DNA from: Planktothrix sp. GU0601_MAG3
GTDB taxonomy: Bacteria > Cyanobacteriota > Cyanobacteriia > Cyanobacteriales > Microcoleaceae
Length of the DNA: 64,000 nt
Assembly (NCBI GenBank): GCA_035193785.1
Contig: CP136572.1
Coordinates: 3,124,578-3,188,577, forward strand
Direction: 5' to 3'
The notes under the pieces are model-generated. The model did no database searches. It worked only from the letters and a program-made list of their open reading frames with translations, and was not told the origin of the DNA. Positions 19,148-29,697 of this stretch are shown one piece after another. How positions within the stretch are numbered: the stretch's first letter is position 1; every line of letters starts with the position of its first letter. The position numbers and the translations under genes are program-made.

Positions 19148-21850
19148 TTAATAACACTTTTGTTGTCCAACCCAACCTTGCATATAGTTAGCAAACCCTT
19201 GAGCTTCGTTAGAATCACCAAATGAAGCTACTTGTATTTGACCCAGTTTCCCTAGCTGTTTTTGGACTTTGTGCCTGTCCAATATCACCGCAATAATTTG
19301 ATATAACCGTATTCCAGTTGTTATCACTGTATTTAATAAAAACAGGATACCAACAATTATTAGGACTTGAAGAACTACCACAGCTATTCTTAGGAAAACC
19401 ACTAGCATACCATGCTGTTGTCGTATAGCTATTGGAACGAGAACCTTGATTTGAATAATTTATAAACGTAAAATAACATACATATCCCGCAACAATTATC
19501 GCTAAACCCGACAAAATTAATTTCCAGGATGTCTCACTTTCTATTGTTGTACTTTTACTAAGTAGTAGATCGGATTTGCTATTTAGTTCATTAACGACTT
19601 TATTTTTTAGTAAATTCAAGTCAGATAACATTTTTGTATATTGGTTATAACTTAAATCATAATTACTCTCTATCACTTCCGAATTAGGTAAACTTTTGAT
19701 TGTTTGAGAGAGCTTAGTATCTATATTAGCGATTGCATAAAAAGTTTTATCCAGGATGGATTGAGAGGATTTAACTGTCTCTTGCAAGGCTAATGTATCC
19801 GAAATTTGATTTCTTAATAGTTGCATCCAACTTTCAATAGCTGACAGATGCCCATCCTGCTTATTTTGTAGAACTTCTTTCAATATGGAAACTGGTTCTC
19901 CCGTATCGTTTCCCTAATGATTTGGATGCTGTTATGGCACTTGTAAATATCTCTGAAATTTCCTTGTGATAACCACTTGTTGATGAAACATAATTTTTTA
20001 GTTGTGAAATTGTTAAATCTTTTAGTTGAGGTTTATTTAACTGATCAACAATCAGCACCTCTAATACCTTATCAGCATCAGGCTCTACTCTAGCTAACTC
20101 CTCCTTGTATGGAGTCAATAGCCTTACTGTCGCATTCCGTAACTCTTTCTCTTCCAATAATAATTGACTCAATGTTTTCAGCCTTCTGTTTATATCTGTG
20201 GCTGTATTAATAATCTCAGCCGCATGAATTCTCAATGATATTTCATGGTTGGAATTAAGCAAAAACTCTTCCAGAGGCTGATAGAGAGATTCTTCAGTTT
20301 CAGCAGATTGTTGAAATATTGACTGAGCTTGACGCAACGCCACTTCATGCAATTTTGGATTGTTCTCTTCCAATAATAATTGACTCAATGTTTTCAGCCT
20401 TCTGTTTATATCTGTGGCTGTATTAATAATCTCAGTCGCATGAATTCTCAATGATATTTCATGGTTGGAATTAAGCAAAAACTCTTCCAGAGGCTGATAG
20501 AGAGATTCTTCAGTTTCAGCAGATTGTTGAAATATTGACTGAGCTTGACGCAACGCCACTTCATGCAATTTTGGATTGTTCTCTTCCAATAATAATTGAC
20601 TCAATGTTTTCAGCCTTCTGTTTATATCTGTGGCTGTATTAATAATCTCAGCCGCATGAATTCTCAATGATATTTCATGGTTGGAATTAAGCAAAAACTC
20701 TTCCAGAGGCTGATAGAGAGATTCTTCAGTTTCAGCAGATTGTTGAAATATTGACTGAGCTTGACGCAACGCCACTTCATGCAATTTTGGATTGTTCTCT
20801 TCCAATAATAATTGACTCAATGTTTTCAGCCTTCTGTTTATATCTGTGGCTGTATTAATAATCTCAGCCGCATGAATTCTCAATGATATTTCATGGTTGG
20901 AATTAAGCAAAAACTCTTCCAGAGGCTGATAGAGAGATTCTTCAGTTTCAGCAGATTGTTGAAATATTGACTGAGCTTGATGCAACACCACTTCATGCAA
21001 TTGTGGATTATTCTCTTCCAATAATAATTGACTCAATGTTTTCAGCCTTCTGTTTATATCTGTGGCTGTATTAATAATCTTAGCCGCATGAATTCTCAAT
21101 GATATTTCATGCTTGGAATCAAGCAAAAACTCTTCCAAAAGCCCATAAAGATAGTCTTCTATCTCAGTAGATTCTTTAAAAATTAACCTAGCTTGTCGCA
21201 TTGCGGCCCCTTGTACAATACGATTAGGTGAAATTAATCCCAAAAACACCCCACGCCCATGTAACTTAGAAATGACATCCCCGATTAAATCCTGATAATT
21301 CAGAGAGCTATCATTATCATTTAATAACTCATCAGCCGGCCCGTACAGCCAAAATTCAAGATGCCTTTCATATTCTGCGGTTGTTTCCCCTCTGGTGTTC
21401 AGGCGAGGAATTCTATTAATTTCTATTAACTTACGATCGCGTATTTCCCGGCGAATCCGATCAAGGGGTTTCAGTAAAACCCCCTCCTTCTAAATGTTGT
21501 AAACTCTGCTGAGAATATCCGATCGCCTCCAACGCAGAAGCCGCAGCCCACCGAGTCAAATCATTGCTAACTTCCCCCTTCCCCTTGACTTCCTTGGCGA
21601 TATCTCTGAGCACATCCCAGTCTGCTAGAGCCTCCTTAACGTGATAGTGTTGTGCAGCCACGCCTAAGCCTTGCAGCGCTAGAGCCCGCGTGGTTAGGGA
21701 TGCTTGAGTTTCCCAGATATTGACGAAAAAAGGAACAGCGCGATCAGGATTGTTTTCGGCAAAGTCGAAGAATGACTGAATTTGTTCTCCTACATTTCTA
21801 AAGCGATCGGGTAGATCGCTACCACCTGGTATATTTGAAAGGTTACTCAT
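19148..21850 (-). CDS. ~900-aa protein: HEAT-like N-terminus, 72-aa repeats, coiled coil, TM helix, small Cys-containing C-terminal domain (three +1 frameshifts)
   Basis: Removing one base near 21470, 19912 and 19243 joins four ORF fragments into one frame (FTE/PLDRIRRE; SL/GNDTGEPVSILKE; RET/GQIQVASF). Confidence 0.7.
20151..21138. repeat. 216-bp (72-aa) near-identical intragenic tandem repeat, about 4.6 copies
   Basis: cttccaataataattgactc recurs at 20151, 20367, 20583, 20799 and 21015. Confidence 0.95.
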
Positions 21851-22017
21851 GGGCTTAACTGAGATAGACGTGAGAGCATTGATAAATTATAACTGTTGCA
21901 GTTGAGTTTGAACCAATTTTTTGAATATTTGTGGCAGAGATTGACGGGATTTACGGATGGTAACGGTTTAACCAGGCTTTGAGATTGCTTTGCTACCCTC
22001 GGAATGACATAATTATT

Positions 22018-22040
22018 AGGTAGTTTTAATCCCGAATAAA
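22018..22040 (+). repeat. 23-bp direct repeat, right island boundary
   Basis: Identical to 15555-15577. Confidence 0.9.
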
Positions 22041-22053
22041 TACGATAAAAAAT

Positions 22054-22707
22054 ATGGCAAATTTAGAACATTTAGCGTTATTACAATGGGGATTTCAGCG
22101 TTGGCAAATTTGGCGTTCAAATAATCCTAATATTCAGCCGGACTTGTGCGAAGCTAATTTAATGGGGGCTGATTTAAACGGAATTAATTTACAAAATACT
22201 GATTTAAGTAAAGCTAATTTAATTGCCACGGATTTAAGCTCGGCAAATCTAAAAAAAGCGGATTTAAGTTTGGCTCAATTGCACCGGGCAAACCTCAGCG
22301 AAGCCTTATTATTTCAAGCTAATTTAAGTAACGCTAATCTTAGTACAGCTACGTTAAATAGGGCGGAATTGATAGAAACTTGTCTTTATCGCACGGAATT
22401 AAATAATGCTAAACTAATTAAAGTTCATCTGAATGGAGCTTATTTATATCAGGCTAATTTGAGTGAAGCCGATTTGACTCAGGGGGATTTGAGATTTGCT
22501 AATTTAAACAAAGCTAATCTTTATCAAGCGAATTTGACCGGGGCAAATTTCAGAGGGACAACCTTAATTCAAGCTAATCTACAAAATGCCAATTTATCCT
22601 ACGCAAATTTGAGAGGGACAAATCTAAGTAAAGCCAATTTAACCGGGGCAAATTTAACCGGAGTTGACCTAAAATTTGCTAATTTAAACGGGGCTATTCT
22701 GCCTTAA
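22054..22707 (+). CDS. Pentapeptide repeat protein
   Basis: A(N/D)Lxx repeats throughout. Confidence 0.95.
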   Translation: MANLEHLALLQWGFQRWQIWRSNNPNIQPDLCEANLMGADLNGINLQNTDLSKANLIATDLSSANLKKADLSLAQLHRANLSEALLFQANLSNANLSTATLNRAELIETCLYRTELNNAKLIKVHLNGAYLYQANLSEADLTQGDLRFANLNKANLYQANLTGANFRGTTLIQANLQNANLSYANLRGTNLSKANLTGANLTGVDLKFANLNGAILP

Positions 22708-22747
22708 TATTATAGCAAATAATAGGGAATAACCTGCTACGCAATTA

Positions 22748-22918
22748 AGCAGTGCGAGCGTCCTCGCTCGCTAGAATAATATTAAGGAATATTCAGGCAA
22801 TATCAAGATCATATTACCCTAATATCAAAATAACATCAAGGTAATATCAAGGCAATATTAGGGTAATATTAGAGCATTTAATAGTGATATTCTAGCGAGC
22901 GAGGACGCTCGCACTGCT
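22748..22918. repeat. Element with 31-bp perfect terminal inverted repeats and internal ~11-bp AATATCAAGG-like repeats
   Basis: agcagtgcgagcgtcctcgctcgctagaata at 22748-22778 and its reverse complement at 22888-22918. Confidence 0.8.
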
Positions 22919-23663
22919 ATTGGTGAATCAACACTTTAATTGCAAACTCTGGTAACGCCAACATCCGACGCCAGCGCCAAGGTTCTTGATATAATCGATA
23001 TAACCATTCTAAATGATATTTACAGAAAAATTCCGGTGCCCGTTGTTTAATTCCTGACCAAATATCAAAACTTCCTCCCACACCTATCCAAATCGAATTC
23101 GGGCAAAGATGACGATTTTCACTAATCCAAAATTCCTGACGGGGAACACCCAAACCCACTAATATTAATTTAGGTTGTAGGTCTTTTAAAGTGATTTTTA
23201 AATCTTCTTCTTCAGAAGTAGATAGATAACCATGATAACTAGAAATTCCCAGACCTGGCAGTTTTTGTTGAATATTATCCGCCGCCTGTTGAGCAATTCC
23301 TGGTTTTCCTCCATAGAAAAAAACTAATTCAGAATTGTTTAATTTACCGATATTTTCAATTAAGGTTTCTGCTAATTCAATACCCGGACACCGTTGAATT
23401 TTTTTACCTTTATATTGTAAATAAAGCACTACCCCCGCACCATCGGGAATTACTAACTCTGCTGAATGAATAATTTCTGCTAATTTAGGATCTTTTTCGC
23501 CTTGAATTGCCATTTCTGCATTCAAAGTGATAACATGGGTTCCTAACCCTTGTTGCCAACGTTGTAATAACCAGTTAGTATAATTATTAGTTAAATGTAC
23601 AGGTAAACCCAACACTGGAAAACCGTTAAGAGCAGAATCAAAGGGCAAAATAGTTGGACTCAT
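22917..23663 (-). CDS. WecB/TagA/CpsF family glycosyltransferase
   Basis: VITLNAE, VIPDGAGV, GLGVPRQE, GVGGSFD, LEWLYRLYQEPWRWRR. Confidence 0.93.
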   Translation of the reverse strand: MSPTILPFDSALNGFPVLGLPVHLTNNYTNWLLQRWQQGLGTHVITLNAEMAIQGEKDPKLAEIIHSAELVIPDGAGVVLYLQYKGKKIQRCPGIELAETLIENIGKLNNSELVFFYGGKPGIAQQAADNIQQKLPGLGISSYHGYLSTSEEEDLKITLKDLQPKLILVGLGVPRQEFWISENRHLCPNSIWIGVGGSFDIWSGIKQRAPEFFCKYHLEWLYRLYQEPWRWRRMLALPEFAIKVLIHQ

Positions 23664-23833
23664 AAATAAATTTTAGAAACCTCACACACATTATTACCGA
23701 AAATGCGATCAAAGCCCCTGAATTAATTTCTGGGGATGTGGCCGGGGAATAAATTCCCTATGAATATTTCCATTTTAATATATAACAGAAGAAGTTAAAC
23801 ATAAACTGAGATAGGATGGCAAGATGCCCGATC

Positions 23834-24194
23834 TTAAAAAAGAGGCAGAAATTCTATTCTATCTTGATACTCATTCTCAAATGACCCTTCGGCGATTAAA
23901 ATTAACTGATCAATATTTTCACCAATACTTAACTTTGGACTGAGGATAAAGATCCCAGGGATATGATGACTTAAAGCGATATGATCTGCTAGATGAAACT
24001 GGCATAGACTTGCGGTTATTCGTTACCAAAATACATTGATTTTCTTCACACCAACATAAAATTTCAGGATCTAAAGTTCCTTTGGGTGGAGCAGTCAACT
24101 CCCCAACAGCTATCACGAATAAATCTGACTGAAAACGGCGTAGTTGGCGGGTATAAATTGGATCGATATTTTCATCAATAAGATACTTGAGCAT
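23834..24194 (-). CDS. DUF5615 PIN-like toxin (frameshift near 23997)
   Basis: YLIDEN, GTLDPEIL.W, ILVTNNRKSMP, continuing HLADH...IPGIF in the shifted frame. Confidence 0.8.
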
Positions 24195-24522
24195 GATCCG
24201 TTGAGTTTGCCAATTTTTGTGCCTTCAATTGTCGCAATTTCTCTACAATTGGGCGAGGATTGCGTTGTTGTTCTGCTCGCATTCTATCGCCCCATTCTAA
24301 CCAATCGGTCATGTAAGCCTCCACTGCTGGTTTGTTATGCAGGTAATATAAAATTGTGGCATACACTTGTTCTAAAGTTAGCGAAGGATAGGTGTGGGCA
24401 ATTTCTTCTGGAGTTTTGGCACGAAAAAGGTGGTCAAATAAAATTGTTTCAATACCGATGCGTGTGCCCTTGAGTCTAATGTCATCCGCCGCCAAAAAAT
24501 TAAAGTAATCTTCTAGTAGCAT
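24175..24522 (-). CDS. DUF433 antitoxin-like protein
   Basis: IRLKGTRIGIE, PEEI...YPSLTLEQVYATILYY; overlaps the PIN-like gene. Confidence 0.88.
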   Translation of the reverse strand: MLLEDYFNFLAADDIRLKGTRIGIETILFDHLFRAKTPEEIAHTYPSLTLEQVYATILYYLHNKPAVEAYMTDWLEWGDRMRAEQQRNPRPIVEKLRQLKAQKLANSTDHAQVSY

Positions 24523-24631
24523 GGTTCTTTAATATTTGATTACCAAACTGCGATTTGATTGTATCATTTAATCTGGCAGTCAGGGAAACATCTACACAAA
24601 CCCAAAGGCAAAACCAACCTCAACTCCCCAT

Positions 24632-25964
24632 CTATTTCAAAGCATTTAACGCTTCCAAAGGTCGCACCATCCCCCAACCCCAACGGTTATCGGGACGTTG
24701 TTCTTCTCCACCCGGATGATAGGCGGTTTTCTTCAAAACATCAATAATTTTACTCAACGGCGCCTGGGGATAAGCTGACATCAATAACGCCACAATTCCG
24801 GCGATATGGGGTGTGGCCATGGACGTCCCATCCATGTAGGTATATTGAAAAACGCCGTTATCCATTTTCACCGGGGGAATACAGGAATAAATCTGGACGC
24901 CGGGGGCGGAAACATCTGGTTTTGTCACCCAGGCGTTAGGAGAGTCCACAGGAAAGACCAAACTGGCGCCACTGCTAAAAAAAGTAATTCCCAAATTATC
25001 CGTCTCAATTTGTTCGACAGCGCCCACAGAAAAGGCATTATAAGCATTACCCGGAGAACTGGTATTTCCGTGGTTTTCGTTGCCAATAGCAACAACGGGT
25101 AAAATCCCATATTGATTAACTAAAATATCAAAGATTTGGGGAAATAGGGGCTCATAGTAACTCAAACCCAAGGACATATTAATAATTTTTGCTCCTTTTT
25201 CCACCGCCCAAGATATCCCTTCAATTAAAGTTAATAAAGTCGCTTCTCCTACTAATACCCCGGCGACAATTAAATCTGCTTGGGGTGCGACACCAATAGA
25301 TAAACCCTGCTCGGTTTTTCCCCCGGCAATTGTCCCGCAAACATGGGTTTCCATGTTGTCCACTATCAAAGCTGGGACTAGCAGTAATTCGACGTCCTAA
25401 CGGGTCGATAACAATAAAATCTTTTACCCGTCCTTGTAATGCGGGATGGTCTCCATAAACACCGGAGTCTAATACCGCCACGGTAACATTTTGTCCTTGG
25501 GTTATTTCCCAAACTTTAGGAATTTCTAAGCGTTTTAATCCCCAGGTTATTGTATCCTGTTCCTCTTGTTTTTGCAAGCCTGAATAATCAATTTCTTTGG
25601 GTTCAATTAAATGGATTTTTTGGTTAGGAAGAATCGCTACAACGTCGGGATGTTCGGCTAAAATTGGTAAACTTTGACGGGTAACTTCCATTTTGGTAAC
25701 GGGTAAAACCCCCTGACCAACGGGCTGTGTATAAAAGGATTGACGGGTGGTATTTTGATAATCATTAATAATTTTAGTGGAAATGGCTTGATTACTTTGT
25801 TCTTGTTTTTTTAGCGTATCAAAATATGCGGCTGTTCCAGCTTGAGGCATTGACCCAGGAGCAACTAAACCTCTATAAATAACGATAGCATCTTTTCTGG
25901 CATTGGGTTGACTATGGGCTAAGAAAGGTTCAAAAGCCGAGGAAATTTTAGATTGATTTGTCAT
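24632..25964 (-). CDS. S8 subtilisin-family serine peptidase (frameshift near 25350)
   Basis: Catalytic triad VAVLDSG, HG/THVCGTIAG, GTSMATPHIAG. Confidence 0.92.
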
Positions 25965-26119
25965 TGGGGTTTGACTCCGTTTTAATTGTTATTTTCTTTT
26001 GTTGACTAAGTTTTTAAGATTCTGGGTAATTTTAACCATTGGCAGAGATTCAGTATTGTTGTAGGATAAAACAATTCTCACGATCATTGATTATCTTAAC
26101 TTGAAATTAAGCATTAAGC

Positions 26120-27503
26120 ATGAAAAATAAAGATCAAAAACTCCATCCCGGTTGGTGGATTTCAATTTTATATTTTGCCCAAGGATTTCCCTATACCGTT
26201 GTTAATATCATGTCGGTGGTTTTTTTAAAAGGTTTGGGGGCGAGTAACGAATTAATTGGATTAACCAGTTTTTTATCCTTGCCTTGGGTAATGAAAGGAT
26301 TATGGGGGCCAATTGTTGATATTTATTCAACCAAACGGCGATGGATTTTAAGAATGGAAATCTTATGTACAATCCTATTCTTAATTTTAGCATTGGGGGC
26401 ACTATTTCCGCAAGCTATTCCGATTTCTATTGCAATTTTTGCCCTAATTGCTTTTATTAGTGCCACCCATGATATAGCCATTGATGGGTTTTATTTAACG
26501 GTGTTAAATTTAGACCAACAGGCTTTTTATGTCGGGGTTAGAAATACCGCTTATCGGATGGCAGTTTTAGCCGGAGGTGGGGGTTTAGTATTTTTAGCGG
26601 GAAATATTGCTGAAAAATATAGTAATGGAAAAAGTCCGACGGGGGAAATTTTATATAACCCAGTTTCAGTTTAATTTTTTGGGGTCTAGTTTTTCCATTC
26701 ATCCGTTACAATGGGGATGGTCAATTGCTTTTTCTGTAGCTAGTTTAATCTTTTTATTCATCTACGGATTTCAGAGAATATATTTACCCAGACCTCAAAA
26801 AGTCACCTTTTCAGAAACAGAAAATCTCTCCAATTCTGCTAATTTTATTAACTCATTTAAAACCTATTTTACTCAATATAAAATTGGTTGGACTATCGCT
26901 TTTATCTTATTATTCCGTTTAGGAGATGCTTTAACTTTCAAAATGGCAACTCCGTTTTTAATGGATACGGCTGCAAAAGGTGGGTTAGGAATTACAACCG
27001 CCGAAATCGGAATTTTATCGGGGACGGTTGGGGTAATTTCCCTATTATTTGGAGGGTTATTAGGAGGGTTTTTAATCGCTAAACAAGGGTTAAAAACCTG
27101 GATATGGCCGATGGCAATTTTACAAAATTTTACTAATATCTTTTATTGGTTATTAGCTAAAACTCAACCGGAAATTATTTGGGCCTATGTTGTTAATTCC
27201 CTGGAACAATTTACCTATGGTTTAGGAGTAGCCGCCTATACGGTATTTTTAATGCAAACTGTCCGTCCTGAATATAAAGCTTCCCATTATGCAATTACAA
27301 CGGCATTTATGGCGGCTGGAGTATTAATTCCGGGGGTATTTAGTGGATATATTCAAGCAAATTTAGGCTATCAAAACTACTTTTTATTGAGTGCAATGGC
27401 GGTAATTCCAGGGTTATTAACTATTTTCTTTATTCCGATTAAAGATCAAAATCATATTAGTTATGTTCCCAGACCTGGACTTGATGATGAAGACATCAAA
27501 TAA
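26120..27503 (+). CDS. AmpG-like MFS transporter (frameshift near 26670)
   Basis: LYFAQGFPY, LPWVMKGLWGPIVD, SATHDIAIDGFY, YKASHYAITT. Confidence 0.88.
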
Positions 27504-27520
27504 AACACCAAATTAAAAAC

Positions 27521-27570
27521 CGTTGTTGGGCTTCAGCCCTCCAAATATTGAGGGCTAAAGCCCAACAACG
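27521..27570. terminator. Hairpin between convergent genes (REP-like or bidirectional terminator)
   Basis: cgttgttgggcttcagccctc...gagggctaaagcccaacaacg. Confidence 0.7.
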
Positions 27571-27577
27571 AACTTTT

Positions 27578-28714
27578 TTAGAGGACGGCGATGCACTCAA
27601 TTTCTACTAATACATCTTTGGGGAGACGGGACACTTCAACGGTCGCCCTAGCGGGTGCAGTTTCGGGTTTAAAATATTTAGAATAGACTTCATTAACTTG
27701 GGTAAAATCGTTCATATCTTTTAAGAATATTGTGGTTTTAACTACGTTTTCCCAGGTGGCGCCCGCTTCGGTTAATACCGCTTCTAAATTTGCCATGACT
27801 CTTTCGGTTTGTTTGGTGACATCATCGGGATAAAGAATGTCGTTAACGCGGGGGTCAATGGCAATTTGTCCTGATAAAAAGATCATATTATTGACCATTA
27901 CCGCTTGATTATAAGGGCCAACGGGTTTGGGTGCGTTTTCGGTTTTAATGATTTTACGAGTCATCACAGTTTGTTTTTCTTCTCCGATAATAATTGTATA
28001 ATTGTCTGGGTCATTAATACAAGAATCAGGCATTACAGTAGCTAAGGTTTCAGCATCTTCAAAGTTAGCCAAATAGATATTAGCTAAATTTAGTCTAGCA
28101 CCAATGAAGCTGGCTTTTTCAACATTAGCTCTAATCAAATTAGCCTTTTTAAGATTTGCCAACTTCAAGTTAGCATTTTTCAAACAAGCATAACTTAGAT
28201 TTGCAAATTCAAGATTGGCAAATGTAAAATCTGCACCTGTTAAATCTAAATGCGATAAGTCAGCTTCTTGAAGATTAGTATTAACAAAATTTGCCCTCTG
28301 AAAATTTACCTCTACAAATTTTTGACCTCCCAGATTTAAAGCACTGAGATCAGCTTCTGCAAAATTAGCTCCAGTTAACTTGCAATTACTAGATAAAGAA
28401 ATATTTCTTAAATCTGCACCTTGTAAATCCGCATATTCAAAATTAGTATAAGCTATAATTGATTTTTGCAAATCAGCTTCCGTAAGTATTGCTTGACTAA
28501 AATTCGTTTCTCTTAAGTTAGCTGAATCTAAACAAGCGTTACTCAAATTAGCTGAAATTAGTATTGTTTTGGTCAAGTTAGCTTTTGTCAAATCTGCTTC
28601 TTTAAGGTTAATTCCTGTTAAATCAGCATTTTGTAAGTCTACTCCACAAAGTTCTACGCCCTCAAAATCTCGTTCACCTTGTGCATATTTCTCTAACAAT
28701 TCTTTAGCATCCAT
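27578..28714 (-). CDS. Pentapeptide-repeat protein fused to a C-terminal RidA/YjgF domain
   Basis: Pentapeptide repeats to ~aa 225, then APKPVGPYNQAV...SGQI...PARATVEVSRLPKDVLVEIECIA. Confidence 0.85.
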   Translation of the reverse strand: MDAKELLEKYAQGERDFEGVELCGVDLQNADLTGINLKEADLTKANLTKTILISANLSNACLDSANLRETNFSQAILTEADLQKSIIAYTNFEYADLQGADLRNISLSSNCKLTGANFAEADLSALNLGGQKFVEVNFQRANFVNTNLQEADLSHLDLTGADFTFANLEFANLSYACLKNANLKLANLKKANLIRANVEKASFIGARLNLANIYLANFEDAETLATVMPDSCINDPDNYTIIIGEEKQTVMTRKIIKTENAPKPVGPYNQAVMVNNMIFLSGQIAIDPRVNDILYPDDVTKQTERVMANLEAVLTEAGATWENVVKTTIFLKDMNDFTQVNEVYSKYFKPETAPARATVEVSRLPKDVLVEIECIAVL

Positions 28715-28770
28715 AATTCACCTCTTAATTATCCTTGTATTAGTTTATCATTAATATCAACTCCTAAATA

Positions 28771-28893
28771 TCCTCGTTCCAAGGCTCTGCCTTGGAATGC
28801 TAAATAGAGGCTCTGCCTCTATTATAATATTATGATAGTGTTCTGGTGGCAGAGCCACCTTAATTGCATTTCTAGGTAGAACCTAGAAACGAG
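28771..28893. repeat. ~122-bp multi-hairpin repeat, copy 1
   Basis: tcctcgttccaaggctctgccttggaatg...ctaggtagaacctagaaacgag; near-identical at 29486-29607. Confidence 0.9.
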
Positions 28894-28909
28894 TAAAATA
28901 ATGATCAAT

Positions 28910-29166
28910 TTATTTATAAACATCTCCACGAGGCTTAATTAGAGTCACAGTATAAATTTTATTCTCAGGATCAATAACAAACAAAATTTGATAATTTCCC
29001 ACTCTTAAACGCCATTCTGGACGACCTTGTAAAGACTTAATATCAACTAAATTCGATCTTGTTGCAGAAGTTTTAAAGCCCTAATTATTCGGGCTTGATG
29101 CTCTGATGACAGCCGTTTTAAGTAACGTTCTGCGGGTTTCAAAATGATTAAACGCCATTTAGTCAA
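28910..29166 (-). CDS. RelE/ParE-family toxin (frameshift near 29055; absent from the ORF track)
   Basis: TTG start MTKWRLIILKPAERYLKRL...; shifted frame DIKSLQGRPEWRLRVGNYQILF...PRGDVYK*. Confidence 0.8.
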
Positions 29167-29401
29167 GTTGTCCTCCAAATAATTCAATTTCGATGTCTTC
29201 TAGGGATTTACCAGAATCACGTCCTGCTAAATAGTCTTGTAATGCAACTTCACTTTCATTAATATCTTCAATAGAAATAATCTCATCATCATCAACTTTA
29301 ATCCCTTGTTCAACCATGCCTTTTAGATCATTTAAAAGACGAAGTTGCTCGGTAACGGTTAAACTTTTGACCTGAGTTAAAACTTCATTGTAAGCTGGCA
29401 T
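29159..29401 (-). CDS. Putative antitoxin
   Basis: Small acidic protein overlapping the toxin start; ESEVALQDYLAGRDSGKSLEDI. Confidence 0.7.
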   Translation of the reverse strand: MPAYNEVLTQVKSLTVTEQLRLLNDLKGMVEQGIKVDDDEIISIEDINESEVALQDYLAGRDSGKSLEDIEIELFGGQLD

Positions 29402-29485
29402 AAATTGTCTGAGGATAGTTTTGCTCTATGTCTATTTTACCTCATTTTCAGATTTTGGCTAGATGGATATGACCCTAACGACTAT

Positions 29486-29607
29486 TCCTCGTTCCAAGGC
29501 TCTGCCTTGGAATGCTAAATAGAGGCTCTGCCTCTATTATAATATTATGATAGTATCTGGTGGCAGAGCCACCTTAATTGCGTTTCTAGGTAGAACCTAG
29601 AAACGAG
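29486..29607. repeat. ~122-bp multi-hairpin repeat, copy 2
   Basis: Direct repeat of 28771-28893. Confidence 0.9.
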
Positions 29608-29697
29608 AGTTAACGAGAGTTAGGAAGAATTATAAATAATAGCAAATCACTGTTATTATAAAAGATTGAGCATAAATTGATCTAGGAAATCATCAAC

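Larger units (their letters stand above)
15578..22040. mobile_element. Inserted genomic islet without an integrase
   Basis: Bounded by the 23-bp direct repeat; contains only a minus-strand operon of non-core genes. Confidence 0.7.

Noticed and set aside
20151..21138. Possible CRISPR, DGR or non-coding repeat array
   Set aside because: Period is 216 bp, in frame within a protein, with no spacers, no adenine-specific variation and no reverse transcriptase
23712..23737. aagcccctgaattaatttctggggat as an IS200/IS605 end
   Set aside because: Single short imperfect hairpin with no tnpA/tnpB remnant
24632..25964. Subtilisin as a mycosin (MycP)-like part of the FtsK system
   Set aside because: It lies 2.6 kb outside the 23-bp repeat boundary behind unrelated genes and has no C-terminal TM anchor
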